Below, in pieces: positions 22,959 through 36,260 of a DNA stretch of 57,220 bases. Source of the DNA: Prorocentrum cordatum (Eukaryota); NCBI GenBank assembly GCA_963575745.1, contig CAUYUJ010000040.1, positions 62,001-119,220 of the forward strand, read 5' to 3'. The translations under genes and the position numbers were made by a program. A model generated the notes under the pieces. The model had not been told where the DNA came from, ran no database searches, and saw only the letters and a list, made by a program, of their open reading frames with translations. Position 1 is the stretch's first letter. Each line of letters starts with the position of its first letter.

Positions 22959-23126
22959 AGGGGGGGGGGGGGGGGGGCGAAGCGTGAGTCCGCCGCCCGC
23001 TATGCAGCAGACGCTACGCATGCAAAAGGCAACAAACAGCAGGTTCGCAAGGAAGGTGGGTCCGCGCGCAATTGCCCTCGCACGCAAGTTGCCCTGCGAG
23101 CAGATCGCCGTGCTAGCGAGCGCCCC

Positions 23127-24836
23127 TCAGGCAGCCTCAGACGACGTTGTCTGGCCAGCCCGGTGCGGAGTATGACGTTTTAAGTCACGTTTGAAAGATT
23201 GCGCGTCTCCCGTGACATGTCGGAACATATCTCGGCCGGTGATCCTTTTTGCGCGACCGTCCGCGGTCGTGTCGCGAGTGTCGCACCACTGGATACTATG
23301 CGCGATGCCTCGCTCCATCATCTGTCGCATCCAACTGATGTGCCCGAAAAGAATACACTCAGTCGGCTCCTTCGGGCCTTTGCGTGACAAGGGCTTGAAG
23401 ACATATTCGGCATCTCTGGTCAAAGCGACCTTAATGCTCAGGCCACCCATCTCCACTAGATCCTTCAACTGAGTGGGTGGCAATGGTCCTGCGTGGAGTT
23501 CGTGCAGAGTAGCGATCGTTGGATAACGATCCTCCAGATTGTGGGCTGCTGCTACGTGTTTCTGCTAAATAGCTTGAGCGGGCCTGCAAGTGATGAGACT
23601 TGCAGCGCGCATCGGTCAGGTGGGCGGCCAGCGCGCCCGTTGGCGCGTTTCCACTCCGTGGCAGGTCTGCCCCGCGAATACCATGGCCTTTGACCTCGCC
23701 ATCGGCATCTCCACTCAAGCGTCGATAGCCGCAGTCGCTGTGCAGGTCAACTTCGCCCGCTGGGGTCATCGGTCACTAGATGATCTTCTTGGGGCAGGCC
23801 TGCGGCTCTCTGGCAATCGCGTTCAGTCGTCGCACCTGTATGTCGGTCGGTTCGTGGACACGCTGTAGAGAAACAACATATATCATCAACCACACCTGTG
23901 TGATTAACGTGTAAGCCAGCGCGCCTCTGAGGCTGACAAACATGTCAGTAACCATATTTGACGCTCTGGCGTCAGCGTCTGCGCCCGTGAGTTCAGGATG
24001 TCGCATGGGACGGAGCTGTTTGATGTATTCATCTTGATCCAATGTAACGTTGCCGCCCCCATCCGTGGTTAACCTCACGACACAATTGGTAGATGTATGT
24101 TTGTTCAATTTACATTCGCCAAAAGTATCATCAACGCACTTGGCGCAACTGTCAACGGTGTCCTCAGTGCCGGCCGTAGTGATATCTTCAACGTGCTTGG
24201 CTGTGAGAAGGTCACTGCTTGTCTCGAAATACTCGTCGTACGACGTGGGTCTGAGACCGAAGCCCCTCGTGGTCTTTCTGACCCTCAGTGAGAACTCCCT
24301 GGGTGCATCCTTGGTGCCGGTACCTAGCTCGAGGCGCTGGAAACAGTGCTTGGAGTCATCGTGGAGGATCGAAGCGCAGATGCTGATCCAAGCGGCAGCG
24401 TAAAACGAACCGGGCGTTTTGCACGTTGCTGCGCTTGCGAGCCGCTGACTCGACCGCCGCGCCGCCCCTGAGAATGTTTCCACGTCGAGCCTCAAGGTCT
24501 AAGAAACCCCGAAGAACAAGGTTTATTCTGATGGCCCGTTCCATCTCGCCCTTTTCGTTCTTTGTGAACATCTACTTATATACGTACCTCGACGTGATGA
24601 TGTTTGGCGCCTTTCCTATAATCTCGCATCTTGAAACACTCGTTGTTAAACCGTGTCTTGAGTTCCGTGCATAGGGCCTTTGATACCTTGACTGGGTTCG
24701 CCTGAATACTGGCCTTCGCGAGGAGGTCGTCCTCTCTGGCAACCGCAGCTCGCTTTGCGGCAGCGGTCACATATACTCGCATTGTGGTTGCGCGGAAGCA
24801 GGGACCACCTTTGCCATGCCTGCGCTGAAGCAGAGT

Positions 24837-24874
<38 letters not shown>

Positions 24875-26260
24875 CACTTTTCGGCCGAATCCAATCCGTA
24901 AATAGAATCTTCGCTCGTGGAACATAATGGGACATGATATGTATCCGCGATGTCGGAGTCGCGTGGATAGCCCCACGTAGGCAAGTGCCCCCGCTGTTCT
25001 TCAGCTGCCGTAACTAGCACACTGTTGTCAGTGATAGTTTGTGTGGGTACTGTGTAAAGGTCATCTAATGGAGCTGCCTCCAGTAATTCGCTTTCTTCCT
25101 GTAGCCCTGTGCACCGCACTTCCATGACATGTGCCTCAAGGTCCGCTTCCGATTCCTAGTAGACCGTAGGAAGCCATCCGTCCTCCTGCGGTGGTTCGGC
25201 CTCTGGAGCTTCTCTGGCGTTGTTGTCTTGTGTCGGTGCGTCTGCTCGTTCCTCAAACTTCGTCACGTCTTGGTCGAAGCCAGCTTGAGGTTTAGTAACT
25301 TTAGGCAGTGGATGATCCTAGAATGTGCTGATCTGGTTCTGTCATGCACATTCAGGGCAGTGCCTTCGACTCCATCGTAGTGGAACCCTGATACCACGTC
25401 GCTCTCATAATGCACCGATGTACAGCTGTCAGTATAAGCCACCGGGGGTAGCTTGTGAATACTCTTACCTAATCTGACAGAGACTACGGCCTCGATGCGA
25501 AAGAAGTTCCTATGAAAGTAATGGAGAGCTAAAGATACCTTAGGATATAGTCGTTTCGCACTTGTCATCTGAAGCGTTCCCTTTTTGGTCATTAGGGACG
25601 CAGCCAAATGTCATAGCAGGTCTCCCCGCATATAGACTGGCGACGAATGTCAGCACTGTCCGCAGCGCAGTGTTGCCTGAGCCAATCTTTCGGGCGATCA
25701 AAACTTCGATGTATAGTGAACGTCGTGCGTCGCCGATTGGACTTGTACATCGCGGTTTCCCACTCGGATAATAGCTTGGCCCATGTCGGGATCGTTCCGT
25801 ACGACCGAGAAAAGGCCACTCCAGCCTTCCCAGTCGCCCTTCATAGTCGTGGGACGATGATAGTCGACCAGGTCACCTTCGTCGTAGTAGTGTTGGCCAA
25901 CGATAGTCGTCTTAGTACGTATTGCACGAGTGGTTTTCGCTACTGCAATAGTTTGTGCGATAGCCTCACTGCATGCCCGGCGGATCACCTGTTCTCGAGA
26001 GTGATCGGGCGTCTTTGTCTGCTGTTCGTGATCCATAACACGCAAGTCGGGCAGCATTGCTGGCTGCCGTCCAAACAGGGCGCTGCAGGGAGACACCTCG
26101 TTGTAAACATGTGAACGCATTGGCGGCAAACAAAGCTTCATGCAGTAGTCGTGTGACAACAAGAGGTATGTCCAACCTTTTGAATTCATCCGCCATGACG
26201 TGAAGTAATATGCCCACTCTCTACTACCATTGCTCGTTATGAGGTGTCAATGAAATCTTC
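23127..26260 (-). mobile_element. Heavily decayed, 5'-truncated second copia-type element (INT C-terminus, RT, RNase H remnants)
   Basis: Minus-strand fragments in copia order: PCSALFGRQPAMLPD/GDLVDYHRP (INT C-terminus), RINLVLRGFLD and AKHVEDI (RT), LHSDCGY and IQWCDTRDTTADG (RNase H). A (TA)n tract lies at about 24841-24872. No LTRs identified. Confidence 0.75.
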
Positions 26261-26699
26261 ATGTTCTAAGATTTCGTTCCGATCTAGTCAGCACGCTCTT
26301 GCTCTCATCCCCGATCTCTCTATTTCCAGCTATTTGCCCTCTATTAGTTGCTCTCTCTCTCTCTACATATACATGTGTATCTACATATATATATATATAC
26401 ACATATATCAGTCGCACCTCTCCGAGGGAGTAAAGCTCAGAGGCGATTGATGCGTACGCGGGGCGCCGCGTCCGCGATGTTTCTGGCCGTTTCGCTAGGG
26501 ACATCCTCGAAATTAGGGAAATCGTGGCACCCCTCACGCAGATCGTGACGTCAGGATCCAAACACACATGGAAATTTCAACATGTGAACAGAAAGCCTTC
26601 AAACACACATGGTAATTTCAATAATTGCGACACCGAGTCTCAGATAATGGCGGTTTCGCCTGAAACATCCTACCAACATCGAACCCCGACGTACCCTCT

Positions 26700-27120
26700 G
26701 GTACCCCAGACCCCGCCTCGGAGCCTCCTGGGGGCCTCCTGCAACCTCCTGGGGTTTTCTGAACCTTCCTGTGCCCCAGACCCCGCCTCGGAGCCTCCTG
26801 GGGGTCTCCTGAAACCTCCTGGGGCCTCCTGCCTCCTGGAGCCTCTTGGGGCCTCCTGAAGCCTCCTGGGGTCTCCTGGGGCTTCCTGAGGCCGCCTGGG
26901 GGCCTCCTGGGGCCTCAGAACTACATGCACACACAGAGACACAAATCACGCCCAACACATCACACGCTAGACAAACATAACACGCACAACACCTGCAACG
27001 CACAACAAGCACGCACAACACAGAGCACACATCACACACAACACTCACAATCCTGGGGCCTCCTGGAGCTTCTTCTGGTATCCAAGTCGGGCCTCCTGAG
27101 GCTTCCTGGGGGGCCCTGGC
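26700..27120. repeat. GGGGCCTCCT-type degenerate minisatellite with a CA-rich insert
   Basis: Seen directly. The same motif family recurs at 32900-33570 and 55180-55410. Confidence 0.75.
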
Positions 27121-27216
27121 ACACACATCGCAAGGTGTGGCAACCCCACTTGCGCTCGAGTGCGACTTCGCTGTTGCATTTCACTCCTGCTTATGAGCCT
27201 GGGCACACACGTGCCA

Positions 27217-27265
<49 letters not shown>

Positions 27266-30088
27266 CTCACAGCTCTCTACCCCGAACTCCATCTACATGT
27301 TACATCATACTCTCTCTCTCTCTCGCCCCTCTTTAGCTAGCATGCGCCCAAGGGCCCGAGAACTCGTAACGGGGAACCTGGAGACATGGAGCTTGGAAGG
27401 TCCAACTCCCCCCACGTCCACACAATCTCGGAAAGCCAAGAAACCGGCCGCCCACTTACCGAAATCGGCCCCACACGTTCGCAGGAAATGGCGTCGCCCT
27501 TGTCATATTCGCAAGCTTCCACGGAGCGAGTGGAGCCCTTCTGGCGGCAGCCGCGCAACGCATACGCGAGTAATTACGAAGCGCTGCTGATCTTCAGGGT
27601 GATGCCAGTTGGTTCCTCCTCGTATTCGCATGTCCTTCGGCGAGAGAGGAGCTATCACTCAGAGGCAGGGGACTGCATGCGGCGTTCTCGGCGGCAGTCA
27701 CTCAACAACAGCCAGATCGCCCCCTCCGCGTTCCCCTCATCACACCTGACACATTGTGCCCCGTGCTGGCTTTGCTGCCGTTGCCCCCCTTCGGGTAGCA
27801 GCAGTCATCAAGAGGATGTCGTCGAAGAAGAAAAACGTGACGACGGCCTGGGCGAAAGGCGAGAGTGGAGGGGAGGGGTCCGAGGCCAAGATAGAGGAGT
27901 GGGGGACGGGGGATGAGCTGGAGCTCTTTATAGGCACCCAGATGCCCCCACAGGCTACCTGGAGGCCTTGGAGAACCCCTGGAAGCCCCCTGGAAGCCCT
28001 CAGAAGACCCCAAGACGCACCCAAGAAGCCTTCTCCTCTTCCTCCTCTTCCTCCTCTACATCCTCCTCCTCCTCCTCCTTCTCGTCCCTCTCCTCCGGTC
28101 TCCCCCCCAGATGTGCCCCCAAGCGTCTCTGCAAAGGCGCGAGGAGCACATGGTCCAATAGTTTTAAGATTACGCCCCAGCGTTGAATCGCATTGGCGTT
28201 CCAACAAGACAAGGGGCGGCGGTGGCTCGCAGTAGGCATCTTCGATACTTTCAAGCACTAGGATGGGTTCATCAATGTTCACTGTCACATGCTGGTCTTT
28301 ATCAAGATGTTCGAGCCGCCAGTGGTCTGGGTCCCCAGGAGTCCACAGATGCATCCAGGCACGTCCACGACCTTGTGACCCCTAGGACGAAAACGCTGAA
28401 GAGCTCGCCATCGTCGACCATGTCCCTCCCCCGTACCCTCCCCCCCATCTTCAAGGGCGACAGCACAGGGGGTGTTTGCGAATCAGCTGCACACAGTTGG
28501 TTTTCTCGGCTTCCGCCCACCCCTTGTTTCCCACCCCACCCCCTCGGCCTCCCAAATCATCCACAACCCCCTCGCCTCTCTGGCTTGGGAGTGGCGCGGG
28601 GGGCGGGGCCTCTGCGACGAGAAAGAACACCACGAGGACCTTCGACCACGCCTTGCCGACCTCGCTGCTCGCCGCTTGGCGACGCGGGCACGGCGGCGGC
28701 GCGTGGTAGGGTGCAGCCGACGCGACCACTGAGAACACTTCCAAGACGACCTCCGCCTCGAACAGAAGTCGCTTCGTGGTGACCGTTTTTGTTGGAAGTC
28801 ATCCTTGTGCTCTGTAAGCTCATTTCGAGCCATTGGGCCATCGGCAATCGACCCACGATGAAAAACTGACCCCTGGGAAGACGCTGGCGAGCCACCGGGG
28901 CCGGCGGTCATCGACAAAAGAAGGAATCTTCGGAAGTCTGGGGTTGAGAACACAATTCGCCTGCGATGCCTAGGCCCGCTGGCTTCGTTTAACCTGTTGA
29001 GCAAACGCTGGGCAAGACTCGCGAGAATTTGCAGTGGACTGGGGCACCAGGCCAACTTCCCGCTTCCTAGAAGCCAGCACGAAGATGGGACATATTCATG
29101 CGATAAGCGCAATCGAGCATGGTCAGAAAAGAAAAGGATGCTCCCAAGACAACCACAAATGCAACTCGCAAAGGCCCTGGAAGTCATTTCGAACACGATG
29201 GCCCCCAAGACCGCAAACATGTCCCACGAGGCCCCCAAGAAGCCTCCAGAAGGCACAGAAAATGTTTGGAAAGGCTCCCCAAAAGCCGCCCTCAAGGCTT
29301 CCGGGATGCCCCAAAAAATCCACGCGACAGATGCGGAGGAAGACAAGGACTAATCAACAACAATACATGCACAAAACGCGAACAAACACGGCAAACCATA
29401 TACGACATCGGGAGCCGCAGATCTCCTCTTCTGGGGGTCGGCGGAATGGAGCAAGCCGCTAAACTAAACAACATCGAACATCCAACGTCGACAATTGCCT
29501 GGCGCCCCAGGACCTCGAATCGGTCCTAAATCGAGCCCGGTAACTTCGGGGTGTAATTGCAATCGAAATCTGCACTGGGCCCCAGTCCGGAATCCGTTCG
29601 GACGTTGCAACCGAAATATTTTCAGAAGAAACGTAAGACTTGGAACGGAGTTATGCTTCTCCCCAAACTGGGTGGAGGTGTTCTGTTGGACGTTCAAGAC
29701 GTAGTAATGAGACATCTCAAAGCCACATCACCTTCCGAACACAATGTGTCTATTCCTCATGTCGACATTCATGCTGTATCGTCCATGTCGTACACTCGAC
29801 AAACAGCCGCCAACAATGACACGGAAAGGAAAAAGTTCACCGATCATGCAGTGGAGCGAGGAAAGCGAGACGGCCACGACGATGCATTGACAGCCACGAA
29901 ATTCCATGACGTCCGCCAGGACGGGGGCAATGTGATTTATGACCTAACAGCGAAGACTGATAGGTTTCTAATAGACTTAAAAAGAGAGCAGCACATTACT
30001 CCACAGGGGGGTCTGGGCAGCCGTTGGGGAGCGTTGGGGGGCCGTTGGGGTTTGCCGGGGGGGATCGTTTTTCGCATACAGTCACACA

Positions 30089-30434
30089 CTTCGTGCTCTT
30101 CGACCTCCCAGAACTCCATTCCCGGGCGACATTCTGAATGCCCGGAGCCAACTGTAGGCCACTTCGTGCTCTTCGAGTTCCCAGAACTCCATTCCCGGGC
30201 CACATTTTGAATGCCCGGAGCCAACTGTAGGCCACTTCGTGGTCTTCGAGTTCCCAGAACTCCATTCCCGGGCCATGATTTTGGATGCCCGGAGCCAACT
30301 GTAGGCCACTTCGTGGTGTTCGAGTTCCCAGAACTCCATTCCTGGGCATGATTTTGAATGCCCGGAGCCAACTGTAGGCCACTTCGTGTTCTTCTAGTTC
30401 CCAGAACTCCATTCCTGGGCCACATTTTGAATGC
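30089..30434. repeat. 73-74 bp tandem repeat, about 4.7 copies
   Basis: Units start at 30089, 30162, 30235, 30309 and 30382. Confidence 0.92.
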
Positions 30435-31923
30435 TGAGGCAGGCTGATGCTGCGGCCGAGGCAGGCTGAGGCTGAGGCAGGCTGAGGCTGAGGCCGAGGC
30501 TGAAGGCAGACTGAGGCTGAGGCTGAAGCAGACTGAGGCTGAGGCTGAGGCAGGCTGAGGCTGAGGCTGAAGCAGGCTGATGCTGAGGCAGGCTGAGGCT
30601 GAGGCTGAGGCTGATGCAGGCTGAGGCTGAGGGCTGAGGCTGAGGCCGAGGCTGAAGGCAGACTGAGGCTGAGGCTGAAGCAGGCTGAGGCTGAGGCTGA
30701 GGCAGGCTAGGCTGAGGCAGGCTGAGGCTGAGGCTGAGGCAGGCTGATGAGGCTGAGGCTGAGGCTGAGGCAGACTGAGCTGAGGCCGAGGCTGAAGGCA
30801 GACTGAGGCTGAGGCTGAAGCAGGCTGAGGCTGAGGCTGAGGCAGGCTGAGGCTGAGGCTGAGGCAGGCTGATGCTGAGGCAGGCTGAGGCTGAGGCTGA
30901 GGCTGATGCAGGCTGAGGCTGAGGCAGGCTGAGGCTGAGGCCGAGGCTGAAGGCAGACTGAGGCTGAGGCTGAAGCAGGCTGAGGCTGAGGCTGAGGCAG
31001 GCTGAGGCTGAGGCTGAGGCAGGCTGAGGCTGAGGCAGGCTGAGGCTGAGGCTGAAGGCAGGCTGAGGCTGAGGCAGGCTGAGGCTGAGGCCGAGGCTGA
31101 AGGCAGACTGAGGCTGAGGCTGAAGCAGGCTGAGGCTGAGGCTGAGGCAGGCTGAGGCTGAGGCTGAGGCAGGCTGATGCTGAGGCAGGCTGAGGCTGAG
31201 GCTGAGGCTGATGCAGGCTGAGGCTGAGGCAGGCCTGAGGCTGAGGCCGAGGCTGAAGGCAGACTGAGGCTGAGGCTGAAGCAGGCTGAGGCTGAGGCTG
31301 AGGCAGGCTGAGGCTGAGGCTGAGGCAGGTTGAGGCTGAGGCAGGCTGAGGCTGAGGCTGAGGCTGAGGCAGGCTGAGGCTGAGGCAGGCTGAGGCTGAG
31401 GCCGAGGCTGAAGGCAAACTCAGGCTGAGGCTGAAGCAGGCTGAGGCTGAGGCTGAGGCAGGCTGAGGCTGAGGCTGAGGCAGGCTGATGCTGAGGCAGG
31501 CTGTGGCTGAGGCTGAGGCTGATGCAGGCTGAGGGTGAGGCAGGCTGAGGCTGAGGCCGAGGCCGACGGCAGACTGAGGCTGAGGCTGAAGCAGGCTGAG
31601 GCTGAGGCAGAGGCAGGCTGAGGCTGAGGCTGAGGCAGGCTGATGCTGAGGCAGGCTGAGGCTGAGGCTGAGGCTGATGCAGGGTGAGGCTGAGGCAGGC
31701 TGAGGCCGAGGCTGAAGGCAGACTGATGTTGAGGCTGAAGCAGGCTGAGGGCGAGGCTGAGGCAGGCTGAGGCTGATGCAGGCTGAGGGTGAGGCTGAGG
31801 CAGGCTGAGGCCGAGGCTGAAGGCAGACTGATGTTGAGGCTGAAGCAGGCTGAGGGCGAGGCTGAGGCAGGCTGAGGCTGAGGCAGGCTGAGGCTGAGGC
31901 TGAGGCAGGCTGAGGCTGAGGCT
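30432..31923. repeat. (GCTGAG)n/GCAG satellite with higher-order repeats
   Basis: About 1.5 kb of GGCTGA hexamers punctuated by recurring variants such as GGCCGAGGCTGAAGGCAGACTGA. Confidence 0.95.
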
Positions 31924-32647
31924 GTGACTGCGACTGCTGTTGCCACTGCGACTGCCATCGCGAATGCGACCACGACTGCGAGAACAGCAGAATTCTACAA
32001 CAGGATGCTTATCTGAATCTTAAGGGGAATGCTTCCAGATATGCTCCTACACATCGCTGTTAGGTTGCTTTGCCGGGATAATTATGCAACTGTGCATCCT
32101 CCACCTCCACCACCGCCGCTGCCTGTCGCCTCCTCCTTGCCAAGTTCGGCCCTGGGAACCGTTCAACACACCAAGTCAACAAATGTACATTGATATGTTG
32201 CTTGACGTATTCATATTTCAATGTATTTCGACCGCCCCTCTGGCGAAAATGCGGCGAGCTCAAGCGCAACCGTGAATTCAAGTATATAACCCATCCGTGT
32301 ATATGAATTGTGTGATTACAACTACTCATGATGGGCTTGAGGCTGGCCGGCGGCTCGGCCAGGCAGGAAGCCGCAGTACATTCAATACATTTCTACATGG
32401 CACACGTGAGATTAATTGGTTCAAAGGATGTATCTATATAGCTGTTTACGTTCGACCTCTGAATAAATCGGACAGCAAAACACCTGAACATCTATAACAA
32501 TATGCGAAGATACAAATATCTGCATACAGATATGATTATATATATATATACATATATGAAAAGAATGCTGGGCTATGTTTTCAACCACCCCATGTACATA
32601 TAGAACATGTGTAAACTAGTTTGTGTGTATACAGATGTACATATAAA

Positions 32648-33570
32648 CTAGAACCACGCGCGCGCTTCGCGCGCGCTTAGGTTCTAAGCTAGGAGGCGAG
32701 CTTGAGTCAACGAAAGTCGCAGGGAAGGGGGCAGGGGGAAGAAGGCCAGAGAGCGCTGAAGGATACAAATACTGGAACCCTCTTGTGATTTTGTGGGGGG
32801 CCTCGTCCGGCCGCTCGCTGGGAGTTTGACGTAGCTTCTCGGGAGCCTCTGAACCTGTCGGGGGCCTCCTGGAAGCAGGTTCGAAGCATTTTGGGGGCCG
32901 ATTTGGGGCTTCTCGGGGCCTCCTTTGGGCCTCTTGGGGGTCTCCTGGGGCCTCTTGAGGGGCCTCCTTGGGGCCTCCTGGCGGCCTCTTGGGGCGGAAG
33001 GCTCGAGCTTGCGGTTCGTGGTCCCCCTCTGGGCCCCCTCTGGGCCCGTCTTGGGGCCCTCTTGGGCCATCTTGGGCGCCTCTTGGGCCGTCTTGGGGCC
33101 CTCTTGGGCTGTCCTGGGGCCCTCTTGGAAGCTTCTTGGGCCGTCTTGGGGCGGTCTTGGAGGCCTCTTGGGCCGTCTTGGACGCGGTGAAAGCCCAAGA
33201 TGCGAACATGCGAAACATATACGTTTTCCGATAGGAATGGCACGATTTTTGCTTCTTGGACCTCTCTTGGGGTGCCTCTCGGAACGTCTTGGGGTGCTTT
33301 TGGGAGCCTTTTGGCGCCTCTGGGCGGCGTTTTGGCGCCTCCTGGGATATGTTGGGCCGGAAGCTCGGAATTCGAGAGTGGCTTTCTCCTTCTGGGACCC
33401 CTCTCGAAGTCGTCTTGGGGTTCTCTTGGGCCGTCTTGGGGCCGTCCTGAGCCACTCGTGCGCAAGCCTTGGAGCGCTCCCGGAGGCCTCCTTGGCCGTC
33501 TTGGAGGCCTCTTGGGCCGTCTTTGACGCGGTGAAAGCCCAAGATGCGAACATGCGAAAAATATACGTTT
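32648..33570 (-). mobile_element. Non-autonomous Helitron-like element; 3' end at 32648, running into the gap
   Basis: Minus strand ends GCGCGCGC-GAA-GCGCGCGC hairpin, 6 nt, CTAG|T. The body is TCTTGGGGCC repeats with an internal duplication spaced about 340 bp apart. Confidence 0.5.
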
Positions 33571-33670
33571 NNNNNNNNNNNNNNNNNNNNNNNNNNNNNN
33601 NNNNNNNNNNNNNNNNNNNNNNNNNNNNNNNNNNNNNNNNNNNNNNNNNNNNNNNNNNNNNNNNNNNNNN
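33571..33670. other. Assembly gap (100 N)
   Basis: Run of n. Confidence 1.
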
Positions 33671-35301
33671 GAGGGGGAGAGGGGGAGGTGGGGAGGGGGG
33701 GGAGGGCAAGCTAGGTGCGCTCGCGTCATATCTGACATCCTACCCCTCCCTCCCATCCCTTACCATGGCGCAGGTCCCCTCTCTACTCGCACAGTCGGGT
33801 GTAATGCAGGGCGATGATCCCGAAAGGGTACGTGATGCATTGTAGAGCACGGCATGGCATGGCGTAGAAGAGCACCGCGAAGCGGGAGGAGGACGGGGAG
33901 AAGGAGGGAGGGCAAGAGAGGAGGGAGGAGGTGTTCCCAGATGCCTCCCAGAAGCACTGCAGCGGCTTCCTCACGCTCTGGGCGAAGGGGGGAGGATTAA
34001 TTCCTGGGCAGATCTGCGATAGGAGCCTTATTAGAAAGGGGCCTACACGGGCTCGCCCAGCTCTCAAGCAAGCCTCCGCCCCGAGGCTGCTACAAGGTTA
34101 CTGGCATTTCTCGCTTGGGCGCTCCATCCCAGCGGCACTTTTGCCATTGACACGCCCTTGGGATCCAGCCAGCCAAACGCCCGCTCCGAAGCAGTGGTTT
34201 CTCAGTTTACTCCACTCCTCCTTCGGGTGCTTTTCGCATAGTTCTTGTGCTCTTCTGTGGTTTAGCACCAATCCTGAGGAATGAGAGGACTTACCACTCC
34301 CATGATCCAAACAGCAAGTCGGGATGCGCTTGCACAGAGAGGGGATGTGGCAGCCGTGTTGCACGATGGCTGTCAACATGTGCATCGCCCTGCCCCTGCA
34401 GACGGGAAGGGTGCAAGCTGGAACCGGAACGCGGTGACAAGACCTCACCGCCCTCCACCCCGCCAACGCGAGATGCACTGTTCGTTCCCCCGCGACTCAC
34501 ATTGGGGCGCAGTCGCGCCGGTGGCCGCGGGCCCGCGGCATGTGCGCGCGAAACCCGCCATGGGCATCCCCCGCAGCTCCAGCCGTGGGGCGGCGGGTTG
34601 CCACGACGCTTAGCCAGAAGGCTTTTGGAGAAGGATGAGGACAGAGAGGAGGGCCTGTCAGGGAGGAGGGGGTTCAGGGAGGAGGGGCGGGCGAGGAGGA
34701 GGAGGATGAGGAGGAGGAGGAAGAGGACGAGAGAGGATGCTTGATCAGCTAGGATATGCTAGCTTGGTTGCAGGTGGGTCTCTCTCCCTTGTCGCTTCGT
34801 TTGCTCGATCGTTAACGCACTCGTTCGCGAATGCTCACGCTCGATCTTTCGCTCGCTCCTTCACCCACGCTCGTCCAGACACCCGTTTACCCACCCGGCC
34901 ATCCAGTCGCCAGGCCTCCCATCCATTCGCTCGCCCAGTTCTTCGCTCACCCACTTGCATTCACCTACCCGCTGATTCACCCGCTCGCCCACCAGCGCAT
35001 TATCCCGCCCGCTCTCCTTCATTCACTCGACTCGTCGCTGGATGTTTCCACTGCTGGAGTGAGCCTCCAAATATTTGCCCGCGCAGGTTCGTGCGAAGCC
35101 CATCGTCATCCAGGTCTTCTTCGCGGTGTGGTGGCTTCACGAGCTGGGCGCTTAGTTTTCAAACAGATTTTTTCTTCACCCATTTTGTGGTGTTGGGTCC
35201 TCGTTTTGAAGAGACAGCGCCCCGTGTCCCTCCCTCCTGCCTCCTCCCCCCTCCTCCCTCCTCCCATCCCTGCCTCAGCCCTCCGCACCAGTCAACCATT
35301 T

Positions 35302-36260
35302 CGGCACACCCCTCACACATTTCGTGGCCCCATAGGAAGCTCCACCGAAGGCTCCAGCGGCAGGGTCCTCATGGCGGCGCCGCCCCATTGTGGCGCACCC
35401 CTCACAGGGTTCGCTGCCCAATGGGGAGCTCCACCGACGGCCTCATTAGCAGGGTCCACATGGCGGCGCCGCCCCATTGTGGCACACCCCTCACACATTT
35501 CGTGGCCCCATAGGAGGCTCCACCGAACGTCCCAGTGGCAGGGTCCACATGGCTGGCATGATGGCGCCGCCCTTTTTTGGCGCACCCCTCACACGGTTCG
35601 TGGCCTCATCAGGATCCCAGCCGAAGGCCCCAGTGGCGGGGTTCGCATGGCGGCGCCGCCCCTGTTTGGCGCACCCCTGACACAGTCCGTGGCTTCATAG
35701 GGAGCTCCACCGAACGTCCCAGCGGCAGGGTCCACATGGCGGGCATGGGGGCGCCGCCCAATGTGGCGCACCCCTCACACTGTTCTTGCCCCATAGTGAA
35801 ATCAGCCGAAGGCTCCTAGTGGCAGGGTCCACATGGTGGCGCCGCCCCCTTTTTTGGCGCACCCCTCACACGGTTCGTGGCCCCGTAGTGAGCTCTACCG
35901 AAGGCCCCAGCGGCAGGGTCCACATAGCGGCGCAGCTCCACTGTGGCGCACCGCTCACACAGTCCGTGGCCCCATAGATCAGCCGAAGGCCCCCGTGGAA
36001 AATTCATATGGCGGCGCCGCCCCATTTTGGTGCACCCCTCACACGGTTCGTGGCCCCATAGGGAGATCAGCCGAAGGCCTCAGTAACAGGGTCCACGTGG
36101 CGGCGCCGCCTTTTTGTGGCGCACCTCTCGCACGGTCCGTGGCCCCATAGGGATCTCAGCCGAAGGCCCCAGTGGCAGGGTCCACATGGCGGCGCCGCCT
36201 TTTTTTGGCGCACCCCTCACACAGTCCGTGAGTCCGTGGCCTCATAGGGAGCTCCACCGC
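35302..36260. repeat. Diverged tandem repeat of about 89 bp, about 10 copies
   Basis: Unit ggcgcacccctcacacggttcgtggccccatagggagctccaccgaaggccccagtggcagggtccacatggcggcgccgcc recurs throughout. Confidence 0.9.

Noticed and set aside
29557..30210. 217-aa plus-strand ORF
   Set aside because: No recognisable motifs or codon bias, and it runs into the tandem repeat.
29937..31973. 678-aa ORF (QPQP/SASA)
   Set aside because: Translation of the GCTGAG satellite.
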